Counted from the stretch's first letter, positions 47,876 to 61,871 are shown. The stretch: DNA of 64,000 bases from Anaeramoeba ignava BMAN (GCA_028826165.1 JAPDFW010000135.1:1-64000), one strand, 5' to 3'. Notes: generated by a model not told the origin, from the letters alone. Translations and numbers: made by a program.

Positions 47876-50572
47876 ATGACTGATGTTTCACAAGAATTAA
47901 AACAAAGAAAAAAACAAGAAGATTCAAAAAAAGAAACAAAAGAAACAAAAGAAGTTCCAAAAACAACAAAAACAAAAACAAAAAGCAAAACTGAATCAAA
48001 AAAATCAAAAATTAATTTTCAATTCGAAATTAAAACACTTAAACGTTTAATCCCTCAATTTATAATTGATTTACTCAAAACCTTATTAATAATGATAATT
48101 TCATTTTACTTAAAACTGAAGCAAATTAATCCAATTTTAACAGTAAAAAAATAACTTAAAATTAAAAACAAAGAAAGAAAAAAATTTTGCTTTTTTTTTT
48201 CTTTATTCTTTTTTTATTTAATTTTTATTATTATTATTATTATTCTTTTTATTATTATTAGAAAATTTTATCATTTTTCGAAAGCATTTGTTCTTTAATT
48301 TTGGGATTAACTCTTCCAATTATTTTTATAATTGATGATTTTGTTTATGATAAATTTTTTTCCACACTTAAAGATATTTACGGAAATCTAAAGAAAAAAT
48401 TTCCCGAATCAGAATTTGGATTTGTTTATTCGATTCCCAAAAATTTAAAAGCCGATCAAAAGGAAGAAACATTATCACAATTAACAAATCAAATTTTTGA
48501 GAATTGTTCTGATTATGTGACCAAATATCATCCAAAAATCAAGAAAAACGCTCCAAAAGATGAAGACCATCAAAAGGTGTTTGAACCAACTGAGAAGTTC
48601 CAAGATAATCTTAAATTGGCCAAAGAGAAAATGCTTTTTGATCTTCGTGTTTTGATGTCTGAACATTTTGGTAAAATTAGTAAAATTGAAAAAGAAGATA
48701 TTCCAAAAGTTGAAGTTCAACAGTTAATTAAAGTTGTCGATAATGATTTGGATAATAATCATACTGCTGTTGTTGATAATCTTGGCAGTTCAATCGAGGA
48801 GATTTATTATGTAAATTTTATAAATAATTTTATAAATAATTTAATCAATAATTTTATAAATAATTTTATAATTAATTTTATAAATAATTTTATATTTAAT
48901 TTTATATTTAATTTTATATTTAATTTTATAAATAATTTTATATTTAATTTTATAAATAATTTTATAAATAATTTTATATTTAATTTTATAAATAATTTTA
49001 TAAATAATTTTATATATAATTTTATAAATAATTTTATAAATAATTTTATAAATAATTTTATAAATAATTTTATAAATAATTTTATATTTAATTTAATAAA
49101 TAATTTTATAAATAATTTTATAAATAATTTTATAAATAATTTTATAAATAATTTTATAAATAATTTTTTATAAATAATTTTATAAATAATTTTTATAAAT
49201 AATTTTTTATATTTAATTTTATATTTAATTTTATAAATAATTTTTATAAAAATAATTTTTATATTTAATTTTATAAATAGTTTTATTAATAATTTTTATA
49301 AATAATTTTATAAATAATTTTATTAATAATTTTATAAATAATTTTATAAATAATTTTATAAATAATTTTATAAATAATTTTATATTTAATTTTATATTTA
49401 AATTTATTAATAAATTTATAAATAATTTTATAAATAATTTTATAAATAATTTTATAAATAAATTTATATATAATTTTATTAATAATTTTATTAATAATTT
49501 TATAAATAATTTTATAAATAATTTTATATTTAATTTAATAATTAATTTAATAAATAATTTTATATTTAATTTTATAAATAATTTTATAAATAATTTTATT
49601 AATAATTTTTTAATTAATTTTATATATAATTTTATAAATAATTTTATATTTAATTTTATATTTAATTTTATATTTAATTTTTTTTAGAGTTTCGAAGAAG
49701 AAGATGCAAAAGAACAACAACAATTAGCTTTTCCTTTGAAAAGAAAATCACATCCTGCATGGGTTTTCATAAGAGATATCTACACTTTACTTAAAAGTCT
49801 ATTATATTTCCCAATTTTTTACATTGAAAATTCCAAAAAACCAGCAACTAATATACCCAAAAAAATCATTGCATCTTTAAAACGAATTCTCAACAAAGTA
49901 TTTTCAATCATTCTTCTTGAATTCATGAAGGCAAAACCATCTAAAAGCTATTCCAAACTTCTGGGACAAGGATTTCTTTTTTATAAAAATTTAAACGCAA
50001 ACATTTTGAAACAAATTTCCAAATCAAATGAAGAAATGAAGAAAAATTTAGAACAAGTTGAAAAATCAGTTCAAACTAAAATTAATTCTGCTTTGAAATC
50101 AAACAAAAAAGAAGAATTAACTGATGCTTTACAACAATTACTTGAGATGCAAATGATTGTTAATTCATATTCTAAAGCAATCTTTGATTTCCTTGTTAGA
50201 ACAGACAATACAATGAATTCAGTAACAAATTTCCTTTTCCATCAGTTAAAATGCAAAGATCATCAAGAAATCACTCAAGCTTTTAAAGACACACAGTTTC
50301 AAATTGTTCGTAATTTCGCAAGTGAATCTTTCCATTTGATTTATTGTTCTCAACTTTCCGTTTTTGTTGCTTTGGATAAATTTTCTACTCAAATTTTAAA
50401 GAGTGAAAATGTTAAAGAAAAAGATTTGGAAAAAGTTTTTAATTTAAAGGAAATTATTACAAGAACTGATGAAACAACCAAAGGCAATTTGGATCTTAAT
50501 GATAATAACAATGATAATGATGAAAGCAATAAAAGTGATGATAATGATGAAAGTGATAGTGATGATAATTAA
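47876..50572 (+). CDS. Hypothetical protein with N-terminal hydrophobic segments; exons 47876-48142, 48262-48810, 49688-50572
   Basis: Three coding-composition blocks joined by two phase-0 GT-AG introns; acidic tail; no family recognised. Confidence 0.7.
48811..49680. repeat. Intronic 12-mer (TTTTATAAATAA) array
   Basis: Same unit as the USP intron at 30790-32400; source of the spurious FINN translation. Confidence 0.92.
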
Positions 50573-51379
50573 ACTTAAATTCTTTTTTTCAATTCTTTCA
50601 ACTTTTTTCAACTTTTTTCAACTTTCTTTTTTTTTCAATCTTTCTTTCTTTTTTTGATTCTTCAAACTAAAACTTTCATTCCACTTTCCTTTTATTTTTA
50701 GTTTTAATTTTTTAATTTATTTTAATTTTTGAAAGGGAGAAAAAAAAATTGGAAAAACAAAATTTTAATTACAAGCTGTAAAGGAGAAAAAAAAAATTTT
50801 TTTTCTTTTTTTTTTGCTTTATTATTTTAAAATTAAAATTAAATTAAAATTAAATTTAAATTTAAATTGCCAATTTTAATTATAAAAAAGAATTTATTTA
50901 AATTAATAAAGGGTTAAATTTAAAATTCCAAAAAATTAATTAAGATTTAAAATTTTTAATTTTACTTTTTAGGATACTCTCCTTTAAATAAATAAAAATA
51001 AATAAAAATAAATAAAAATAAATAAAAATCCAAATAAGAATAAAATTTTTGTTTTAATTCTTCAATTTAAATTAAATTAAAATAAATTAAAATAAATTAT
51101 AAAAAATAAAATAAAAAACTTCTTGATCAAAAATGATCTTTTATTTCTATGATCTTTTAAAAACAAAATCAAACACAGAAAACGAAGTTAAAACAAAAAT
51201 TATTTAATTTGAAACTTTATTAAACTTTTTTTTTTAATTAAATAAATAAATCTATTAAAAAAAAACAAAAAAACAAAAAAAACAAAAAATCATTTTTTAT
51301 TTACTTTTTATTTACTTTTTATTTACTTTTTATTTACTTTTTATTTACAATTAAACAATTAAAAAAGCAAACAAACAAG

Positions 51380-52908
51380 ATGAAAAATTTTGATCGATTT
51401 TGTTCGAATTGTCAAACAACAGAAACACCTATTTGGAGAACAGGACCTCCACCAGAATATAAGTACCTTTGTAATGCATGCGGTTGTTATTTCAAAACAC
51501 ATTCAAAACATAGACCAGTTCTTTATGGAGCTGAAACTAATTTAAGATTCAAAGAAGGAAGAGAACGGAATTTAAAAAGAAAAGTAATTGAAGAAGAGCA
51601 AAAAATCAAACAAGAAGATCTTATTTATTATTTAAAAGAAAAAGAAGAAGAAAATCAAACTGAAAATCAAACGGAAAAACAAACGGAAAAACAAATTGAA
51701 AAACAAACGGAAAAACAAACGGAAAAACAAACGGAAAAACAAACAGAAAATCAATTAAATCCAAAATCCCAAAATTTTCAAAAAAATGTTCATTCAGTCC
51801 AAATCCTTAAAAAACAAAAAACAAAAAAATCTCCTTATTTTCCTCCTTCTCATCCTGTTATGAATAGTATAGATAGTGACATTGATAATAATGCTTGTAA
51901 AAGTCACTTGGGCAAAATTGATTCTGACTTAGATTTCTTGTCAAATTCTTTGCAAACTAAATTTATTCAATTTCAAAATGAAAAATTTGAAAAAAAAGAA
52001 GAAGAGATCGTAAAATCAAATGAAAGTTCTATAAAAGAAGCAGATTTACAAATGATTCAAGCGAATCAAAAAGAAAATCAAATCCAAGAAGAAAATCAAA
52101 GTCAAAATCAAATTCAAAAAGAAAATCAATTTCAAAAAGAAAATCAAATTCAATTTCAAGATCAAAATCAATTTCAAGATCAAAATCAATTTCAAAAAGA
52201 AAATCAAAGTCAAAATCAATTTCAAAAAGAAAATCAAAATCAAAACCAAATCCAAGAAGAAAGCCAAAGTCAAAATCAATTTATAATTGATCAAAACTTG
52301 ACTTTAGCTGCTATGAATTTCCAAAAAAAAATCTCTTTTATTAAAAATCGAAAATTATCAAATCAAAATCAAACTCATCAACAATCTATAAATCAAAACA
52401 GGAATCAAAATAATCAATTAAATATAGAAAAAGAAGATAATGATGAAAAGTTATTTGAATTGGGGGTCAAATATTTAATGTCGCTTAAGTCAAGCAAAAC
52501 CAATCAAGTAAATAATATTATTAAATTTCAATTTATTTTTTTATTTAAAATTTTTCAATTAAATCTATTTTATATTTTTTATTTAATTTTTTTGATCAAA
52601 TTTTCAAAAAAAAATAATTACAGAAAAAAAATTTAGATAAAACAATTCCATTTCAAACAAAAAATACAATTTCAAATACAATTTCAAATACAAATAATTT
52701 TGCCTGTCCAACTTTTTATTCTCCATTTAATTCACAATCTTTTAATTTTTCATCTAATTCTTTTTTTAATCCTTATCAATTTGTAAATCAACAACAAAAT
52801 CAATTTTTTTCAAACGTTTTTTTTCAAAATCCTTATCAAAATCCTTATCAATATTATTATAATATTCCTTATCCCCAAACAAATAGCAAAAACTTTAAAA
52901 AATTATAA
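51380..52908 (+). CDS. GATA zinc-finger transcription factor; exons 51380-52507 and 52624-52908
   Basis: CSNCQTTETPIWRTGPPPEYKYLCNACGCYFK...HRP. A GTAAAT..TACAG intron restores an N/Q/F/Y/P-rich C-terminus. Confidence 0.9.
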
Positions 52909-53167
52909 AGCAAAATGTTTACAATGAAAAATCTTTTTTTTTTTTTTTCTTTTTTTTTTTTGATCAAATTTTTGTTTTAAAACTAATAAAATAAATTCAA
53001 AATCAATAACAAAAACAAAAGCAAAAACATAAATGAAAATTTTTTTTAAAATCTTTTTTTGTTTAATCTTATTAAATTTTTCATTAATTAATAAATTTTT
53101 CTCCTTTTTAATTTTTTTTTTCTTCATTTTTTTTTTTCATTTTTTTCTTTTTTTATTAAAAAAAATT

Positions 53168-54130
53168 ATGTCTAAAAATAAAATTAAAATTCAAGTTGGA
53201 GATAAATTTAAACTTATTGAATTTGATAGAAATCAATCATTTCAACAATTAATTCAAGCAATTTCTAATCAAACTAATATGAAAAATATTCGATTTTTAC
53301 AATATATTGATGACGAAAAAGATTGGATTCATATGACAAGTGATATTGAATTAAAAGAAGCATTTGATTCATTTGGAGGAGAATATTTAACAATTAGTAA
53401 AAATTCCGATTAGAAATATAATATTAAATTCAAATATAATTTTAATATTAATTTTAATTTTAATTTTAATATTAATTTTAATTTTAATTTTAATTTTATA
53501 AATGAATTTTAATTTTAATTTTTAATTAAATTTAATTTTAATTCTAATTTTAATTTTAATTTTAATTTTAATTTAATTTTAATTTTAAATTTAATTTTAA
53601 TTTTAATTTTAATTTTAATATGAATTTTAATTTTATAAATGAATTTTAATTTTATAAATGAATTTTAATTTTATAAATGAATTTTAATTTTATAAATGAA
53701 TTTTAATTTTATAAATGAATTTTAATTAATTTCGGAAAAAAAAATGAAAAAAGAATTTCAAGGAGAATTAGCAGAAAAAATTCAAGAACAACCCAAATCA
53801 ACAGAAGAAATATCAATTACAATTATTCCAATTAATGAAGATTCTAAACTTGAATTAAAAAGAGGACAACAAAAACAATTTCGTTGGTTAATTTCAAATC
53901 AAGGAACAGAAAATATTGAAGGAGATGTTGCATTTACATTTGTTGGTGGAGATAAACTATCAAAACAAGAACAAATTCATGTTGAAAAATTATCTCCAAA
54001 AGAACCTATTGAAATTTCAGTTAATGTTGAAGCTCCTCAAAAAACTGGAAGATTTATTAGTTTTTGGAGAATTAAAATTGCTGGAGAATCTTATGGAAAT
54101 AAAGGTTGGATTGATTTGACTGTTAAATAA
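53168..54130 (+). CDS. Minimal NBR1-like protein, PB1 plus FW (Ig-like) domain; exons 53168-53396 and 53754-54130 (~201 aa)
   Basis: PB1 OPCA motif LQYIDDEKDWIHMTSDIELKEAF; FW motif FRWLISNQG...FVGGDKL...ISVNVEAPQKTGRFISFWRI...GNKGWIDLTV. Confidence 0.85.
53420..53730. repeat. Intronic (TTTTAA)n and TTTTATAAATGAATTTTAA repeat
   Basis: Direct inspection. Confidence 0.88.
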
Positions 54131-54325
54131 ATAATCAAAATAATTCGAAAAAATTGATTTTTTTTTTAATGGAACAAAAATGGAATTTTCTTTTTTAAAA
54201 ATTAATTAAATTAAAAAAAGAAGAAAAATTATTTTTTTTCTCCTTTTTATTTTATTTTTTTTTTCGTATTTTCAATTTTTTTTTCATTTTTTTTTTTCAT
54301 TTTTTTTCTTTTTCATAAATTAAAA

Positions 54326-57300
54326 ATGAATATTGCATTTGATGAATATGGAAGACCTTTTATCATTATGAGAGAACAAGATATGAAGGAAAGATTAACA
54401 GGACCAGAAGCAAGAAAAGCTAATATTTTAATTGCAGTTTCTTTAATGAATATTTTGAAAACTTCACTTGGTCCAAAAGGAATGGATAAAATTTTAGTCA
54501 GTCCTGATGGTGAAATTACTGTTACAAATGATGGTGCAACTATTTTAGATAATGTATATTTTATTTTTATTATTAAAAAAAATTTTTTTTCATTTTTTTT
54601 TTAATAACAAATTTATTTACATGACATTTTTAATTTATAATTTTTCAATTATTTTAATTATTTTAATTATTTCAATTATAATTTTAAATATAATTTTAAT
54701 TTTAATTTAATTTATTATTTTAATTATTTTAATTATTTTAATTTTAATTTATAAATTTAATTTTAATTTTAATTTTAATTATAATTATAATTTTAATTAT
54801 AATTTTAATTTTAATTTTAATTTATAATTTTAATTTTGATTTTAATTTTAATTTTAATTTTAATTTTAATTTTAATTTTTAATTTTAATTTTAATTTTAA
54901 TTTTAATTTTAATTTTAATTTTAATTTTAATTTTAATTTTATATTTTAATTTTAATTTTTAATTTTAATTTCAATTATTTCAATTATTTTAATTTTAATT
55001 TTAATTTTAATTTATAAATTTAATTTGAATTTTAATATTAATTTTAATTTTAATTTTAAATATTTTAATTTTAATTTTAATTTTAATTTTAATTTTAATT
55101 TTAATTTTAATTTTAATTTTAATTTTAATTTTAATTTTAATTATTTCAATTTTAATTTTAATTTTAATTTTAATTTTAATTTTAATTTTAATTTTAATTT
55201 TAATTTTAATTTTAATTTTAATTATAATTATAATTTTATATTTAATTTTATATTTTAAAAAAAAGATGGATATCACAAATGAAATTGAAAAATTATTAGT
55301 TGAATTATCAAAAGGACAAGATGATGAAATTGGAGATGGAACAACAAGCGTTGTTGTTTTTGCAGGTGCTCTTTTAGAACAAGCTCAAAAACTTTTAGAT
55401 AAAGGAATTCATCCAATTAGAATTGCTGATGGCTATGAACATGCTTGTAAAATAGCTGTTGAACATTTAAAGAAAATTAGTTCTGAAATCACTTTCGATA
55501 GAGAAAATTATGAAACTTTAATAACAGCTGCAATGACTTCAGTTTCATCAAAAGTGTAAATATTTATTTAAATTATAAAAATATATTTATTTAAATTATA
55601 AAAATATATATTTAAATTATAAAAATATTTATTTAAATTATAAAAATATTTATTTAAATTATAAAAATATTTATTTAAATTATAAAAATATATTTATTTA
55701 AATTATAAAAATATTTATTTAAATTATAAAATATTTAGTGTAAATGAATTTCAAAGACAACTTTCAGAAATAGCAGTTAAAGCAGTCTTAACTGTTGCAG
55801 ATTTAGAAAGAAAAGATGTAAGAATTGATTTAATTCAAGTTCAAGGAAAAACAGGAGGTTCTTTAAAAGATACTCAATTAATAGATGGAATTGTTATTGA
55901 TAAAGTAAAAATTTAATTAAAATTAAAATTAAAATTAAAATTAAAATTAATAATTAAAAATAAAATTATAATAAAATCAAAATTAAAATTAAAAATAAAA
56001 TTCAAATAAAAATTAAAATTAAAAATAAAAATTAAAATTAAAATTAAAATTAAAATTAATAATTAAAATTAAAATAAATAAAAATTAAAATTCAAATTCA
56101 AAAAATCTTTCTTGTTTTAAAAGGAAATGAGTCATCCTCAAATGCAAAAAGAAGTTAGTGATGCCAAAATTGCAATTTTATCATGCCCATTTGAACCACC
56201 TAAACCAAAAACAGGATATAAATTGAATATTGATAGTGTTGAAAAATACAAAAAACTTCAAGAATTAGAACAAAAATATTTTCATGATATGGTAAAATTA
56301 GTAAAAGATAGCGGAGCAAATTTAGTTTTATGTCAATGGGGTTTTGATGATGAAGCAAACCATTTACTTTACCAAAACGAGTTACCGTCTGTTAGATGGG
56401 TTGGAGGTGTTGAAATGGAATTGATTGCTTTGGCAACTGGTGGAAGAATTGTTCCACGTTTTTCAGAATTAAATGAAAAAAAATTGGGACTTGCTGGTCA
56501 TGTTAAGGAAATTCCTTTGGGAACTACAAATGATAATATCATCGTTTTGGAGAAATGTTCACAAAAGAAAGCTGTTTGTATTTTTGTTAGAGGTGGTAAT
56601 AAAATGGTTGTTGATGAAGCAAAAAGATCTCTTCATGATGCTATTTGTGTTACTAGAAATTTGATTCGTGATAATAAAATTGTTTATGGTGGTGGTGCTC
56701 CTGAAATTAGTTGTTCTTTAGCTGTTTCTAAAGCTGCAGATGAAGTAATTAAAATTAAAATTAAAATTAAAATTATAATTAAATCAAAATTAAAATTAAA
56801 ATTAAAATTAAAAATAAAATTAAAAATAAAATTAAAATTAAAATTAAAATTAAAATTATTAAAATTAATATTAAAATTAAAATTAAAATTAAAATTAAAA
56901 TTAAAATTAAAATTAAAATTAAAATTAAAATTAAAATTAAAATTAAAATTAAAATTAAAATTAAAATTAATATTAAAATTAAAATTAAAATTAAAATTAA
57001 AATTAAAATTAAAATTAATATTAAATTAAAATTAAAATTAAAATTAAAATTAAAATTAAAATTAAAAATTAAAATTAAAATTAAAATTAAAATTAAAATT
57101 AAAATTAAAATTAAAATTAAAATTAAAATTAAAATTAAAATTAAAATTAAAATTAGAATTATATTTAAAATTAAAATTAAAATTATATTCAAAAATTAAA
57201 ATTAAAATTAAAATTAAAATTAAAATTAAAATTAAAATTATTAAAATTAAAATTAAAATTAAAATTAAAAATCAAAATTAATATTAATATTAAAATTAAA

Positions 57301-57682
57301 ATTAAAATTAATATTAAAATTAAAATTAAAATTAAAATTAAAATTAAAATTAAAATTCAAATTAAAATTAAAATAGATTTCAACATTAGAACAATATGCT
57401 ATTCGTTCATTTGCTGATGCACTTGATCAAATTCCAATTTCTTTAGCAGAAAATTCCGGATTAGATCCAATTGAAACAATTTCTAATTTAAAAGCAAATC
57501 AAATCAAAACAAACAATCCATTTTTAGGAGTAGATTGTTTAGGAAAAGGAACTGAAAACATGAAAGAACAAAATGTTTTTGACACTTTAGCTGGTAAAAT
57601 TCAACAACTTCTTTTAGCAACTCAAATGGCAAAAATGATTTTGAAAATTGATGATGTTATTTTACATCATGGTCAAAATTAA
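54326..57682 (+). CDS. CCT5: T-complex protein 1 subunit epsilon; exons 54326-54553, 55266-55555, 55739-55904, 56124-56744, 57377-57682
   Basis: [66 protein letters not shown] and ILKIDDV; four phase-consistent introns. Confidence 0.97.
54640..57375. repeat. Repeat-filled CCT5 introns: (TTTTAA)n in intron 1, 21-mer TATTTATTTAAATTATAAAAA in intron 2, (TTAAAA)n in introns 3 and 4
   Basis: Arrays at about 54640-55255, 55556-55735, 55905-56100 and 56745-57375. Confidence 0.92.
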
Positions 57683-58060
57683 AACAAAAACAAAATCAAA
57701 ATTAAAACAAAAACAAAAACAAAATTCAAAAACAAAAACAAAATTCAAATTGAAAACAAAAACAAAAACAAAAACAAAAACAAAAACAAAAACAAAAACA
57801 AAAACAAAAACAAAAACAAAATTCAAATTCAAATTCAAATTCAAATTCAAATTAAAAACAAAAACAAAAACAAAATTCAAATTCAAATTAAAAGTCAAAT
57901 TTAAAATTAAAACAAAATCAAAATTCAAATTGAAAACAAAATCAAAAACAAAATTAAAAACAAAAACAAAATTCAAATTGAAAGTCAAAATTAAATTAAA
58001 AACAAAATTAAAAGTCAAATTTAAATTTAAATTCAAAGTCAATTTCCAATTTGAATTTTA
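57676..58060. repeat. 3'-flank hexamer mosaic (AAAAAC/AAATTC/AAAATT) starting at the CCT5 stop codon
   Basis: Direct inspection; source of the spurious KTKTK ORF. Confidence 0.85.
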
Positions 58061-58367
58061 AAAGAAACAAAATTTAATCCAAAACAAAAACAACAAATTT
58101 TTTTTTTTAGAAAATGATAATTTAGTTTTGGAAAATTTTTTTTAGAAACAAAAACAAAAACAAAAACAACAAAAACGGAATAGAAAATAAAAAGATTTTT
58201 CCATTTTTTTAATTTTAATTTTAATTTTAAATTTTATTAAATCTTACTCATCAATTTAAAAAAAAACAAAAAAAAGCAAAAAAAAAAATTTATCATTATT
58301 TTTTCAATTTTTATTTTTTTTTCATTTTTCATTTTTTCATTTCTAAAAAAAAAAATTAAAAGAAGAA

Positions 58368-61300
58368 ATGCTTTCTTTAATTCCAAAAAAAGAAGTAATT
58401 ACACCACTTAAAAATATTTGTCCAGCATTTCCTCGATTTTTATCAACAAAGAAATGTGTGAACACTTCATCACTTGATTATAAACATCGATATCTTCCAC
58501 ACACACTTGAAACTCGTAAAAAAATACTTGCTACTCTTGGTATTAATTCTATTGATGAATTGTTTAAAACTATTCCTGAAAATGCTCGTTTCACAAGTTT
58601 TTCTGCTTTTGACCATTGTGGAATGACTGAACCTCAAGTTTATGAAGCTATTTCAAAAATGGCTGATAAGAACAAAGATACTACTCATGTAAAATTTAAT
58701 TAAAATTTAAAATTATAATTAAAATTAATATTATTTATAAAATTAAAATTAAAATTAATTTATTAAATTAAAATTAATATTATTTATAAAATTAAAATTA
58801 AAATTAATTTATTAAATTAAAATTAAAATTAAAATTAAAATTAAAATTAAAATTAAAATTAATATTATTTATAAAATTAAAATTAAAATTAATTATAAAA
58901 TTAAAATTAAAATTAAAATTCATTTATAAATTTTAAAATTAAAATTTAAAATTAAAATTTAAATTTAAATTAAAATTAAAATTAAAATTCATTTATAAAT
59001 TTAAAATTAAAATTTAAAATTAAAATTTAAATTAAAATTAAAATTATAATTTAAAAATTAAAATTAAAATTAAAATCAAAATAAAAATTAAAATTCATTT
59101 ATTAAATTAAAATTAAATATTAAAATCAAAATTAAAATTAAAATTAAAATTAAAATTCATTTATAAAATTAAAATCAAAAATCAAAATTAAAATTAAAAT
59201 TAAAATTAAAATTAAAATTAAAATTAAAATTAAAATTAAAATTAAAATTAAAATTAAAATTAAAATTTAAATTAAAATTAAAATTAAAATTTAAATTAAA
59301 TTTAAAATAAAAATAAAAACTAAAATTAAAATCAAAATTAAAATTAATTATTAAATTAAAATTGAAATTAAAATTAAAACTAAAATTAAAATTAAAATTA
59401 AAATTCATTTATAAAATTAAAATTAAAATTAAAATTAAAATTTAAATTTAAATTAAAATTAAAATAAAAATAAAAATTAAAATTAAAATTTAAATTAAAT
59501 TTAAAATTAAAATTAAAACAAAAACAAAACCAAAATTAAAATTAAAATTGAAATTAAAATTAAAACTAAAATTAAAATTTTATTACAGTCACCTTTTTTC
59601 CTTGGTGCAGGTATTTATAAACATTATATTCCTTCAGTTGTTGATCATACAATCCAAAGAGGAGAATTTTTAACAGCATATACTCCTTATCAACCAGAAG
59701 TATCTCAAGGAACACTTCAAACAATGTTTGAATTTCAAACTTTAGTTTGTCTTTTAACTGGAATGGATGTTGTAAGTTTTTTTTTTAAAATTAAAATTAA
59801 AATTCAAATTAAAATTCATTTATTAAATTAAAATTGAAATTCAAAATTAAAATCAAAATTAATATCAAAATTAATATTAAAATTAAAATTCAAATTAAAA
59901 TTAAAATTAAAATTAAAATTAAAATTAAAATAAAAATTAAAATTAAAATTATAAATTATAATTGAAATTAAAATCAAAATCAAAATCAAAATTAAAATTA
60001 AAATTAAAATTAAATTTAAAATTAAATTCATTTATAAAATTAAAATCAAAATTAAAATTAAAATTAAAATTAAAATTAAAATTAAAATTAAAATTAAAAT
60101 TAAAATTAAAATTAAAATTAAAATTAAAATTTAAAATTAAAATTAAAATTAAAATTAAAATTAAAATTAAAATTAAAATTAAAATTAAAATTAAAATTAA
60201 AATTAAAAATGATTTGATAAATAAAGGCAAATGCAACAATGTATGATGGAAGTACTGCAGTTAGTGAAGCAGTTCAAATGGCATGCCGAACCACAAGAAG
60301 AAAAAAAGTAATAATAAGTGGAGGACTTCATCCACATTATTCCGAAGTAATAAAAACATCAGCCAAACATTCTCGAGTTGTTGATTGTGATTTCCTTGAG
60401 CCTGATGTTAATGGAAATGAAAAGGATAATATTATATCAAAAATTAATGATCAAACTGCTTGTGTTGTTATTCAAAATCCTTCATTTTTTGGTTATGTTA
60501 GAGATCTTAAGGAAATTGCTGATGCTTGTCATAAGCATAAAGCTCTTTTAATTGGTGCAATTTCTGAAATTGTTTCTTGTGGTTTGATTAAAGATATGGG
60601 TTCAATGGGTGTTGATATTGTTGCTGGTGAAGGACAAGTATTTATTTAAATTAAAATTAAAATTAAAATTAAAATTAAAATTAAATTAAAATTCATTTTA
60701 AAAATTAAAATTAAAATTAATATTAATATTAAAATTAAAATTAAAATCAAAATTAAAATTAAAATTAAAATTAAAATTAAAATTAAAATTAAAATTAAAA
60801 TTAATATTAAAATTAAAATTAAAATTAAAATTAAAATTAAAATTCAATTTAAAATTAAAATTAAAATTAAAATTAAATTTAAAATTAAAATCAATATTAA
60901 AATTAAAATCAAAATTCATTTTAAAAATTAAAATTAAAATTAAAATTCATTTTAAAATTAAAATTAAAATTAATATTAAAATCGGATAAAAATTATTTTA
61001 GAGTCTTGGTCTTCCAATGTCTTTCGGAGGTCCACATGTTGGATTATTTTCAACAAAACAAAAATATATGCGACAAATGCCAGGAAGATTAGTTGGAGAA
61101 ACAGAAGATACAGATGGAGAACGAGGATATTGCCTTACATTAGGAACACGAGAGCAACACATTAGAAGAGAAACAGCAACAAGTAACATTTGCACTTCTG
61201 CTGGAATTTGCGCAATCGCTTTCTCAATTCATTTGGCTCTTCTTGGTGAGCATGGTTTCAAAGATCTTGCTAAACTTAATCATGCTAAAGCTTTTAAATT

Positions 61301-61661
61301 AGTTGAATTGATCAAAAAGGAAATTCCAAGTATTAAGGTTTTAAATGATACTTTCTTTAATGAAGTCACTCTTCAACTCCCAATTAATGCTAAGGAATGT
61401 GTTGACAAACTTGCTGAAAAAAACATTTTTGCTGGTGTTCCAGTTTCAAAATTTTTCGGTCAAAAATATGTAAAACTTTCTTTTTTTTAAAAAAAAAATA
61501 ATTTTTTTTCTTTTAGGGAAAATTTTTTTTGCTAGTTCAAATTATTTAATTTATTTTTCTTTTTTTTAATTTAGGATAATTTACTTCTTGTTGCTTCCAC
61601 TGAAACAAATTCTGATGAACAAATTCAACAATTTGTTGATGCTTTGAAGAAACTTTGTTGA
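58368..61661 (+). CDS. gcvPA: Glycine cleavage system P protein subunit 1 (GcvPA, split type) with an N-terminal organellar presequence; exons 58368-58688, 59589-59771, 60227-60637, 61002-61469, 61575-61661 (~489 aa)
   Basis: RYLPHT...[72 protein letters not shown] and [17 protein letters not shown]. Ends LLVASTE...FVDAL, where bacterial subunit 1 ends. Confidence 0.93.
58690..60980. repeat. (TTAAAA)n-based arrays filling GCS-P1 introns 1-3
   Basis: Arrays at about 58690-59580, 59785-60210 and 60645-60980. Confidence 0.92.
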
Positions 61662-61871
61662 GTTAAATTTTTTCTTCTTTTTAAAAAATAATTCAACAAA
61701 TTCAAAAACAAGAAGAAAGATTTCCTTTTTTTTTTTCAATTTCTTTTCTAATTTCCTTTCCACTTTTTTTTTCTTTTTTCGTTTTTTTTTTTTGACAAAG
61801 AAAAAAAAAATTGATTTTTCTAAATTTTTTTCATTTTCATTTTTTTCATTTTTTTTCAATTTAATTTTAAA

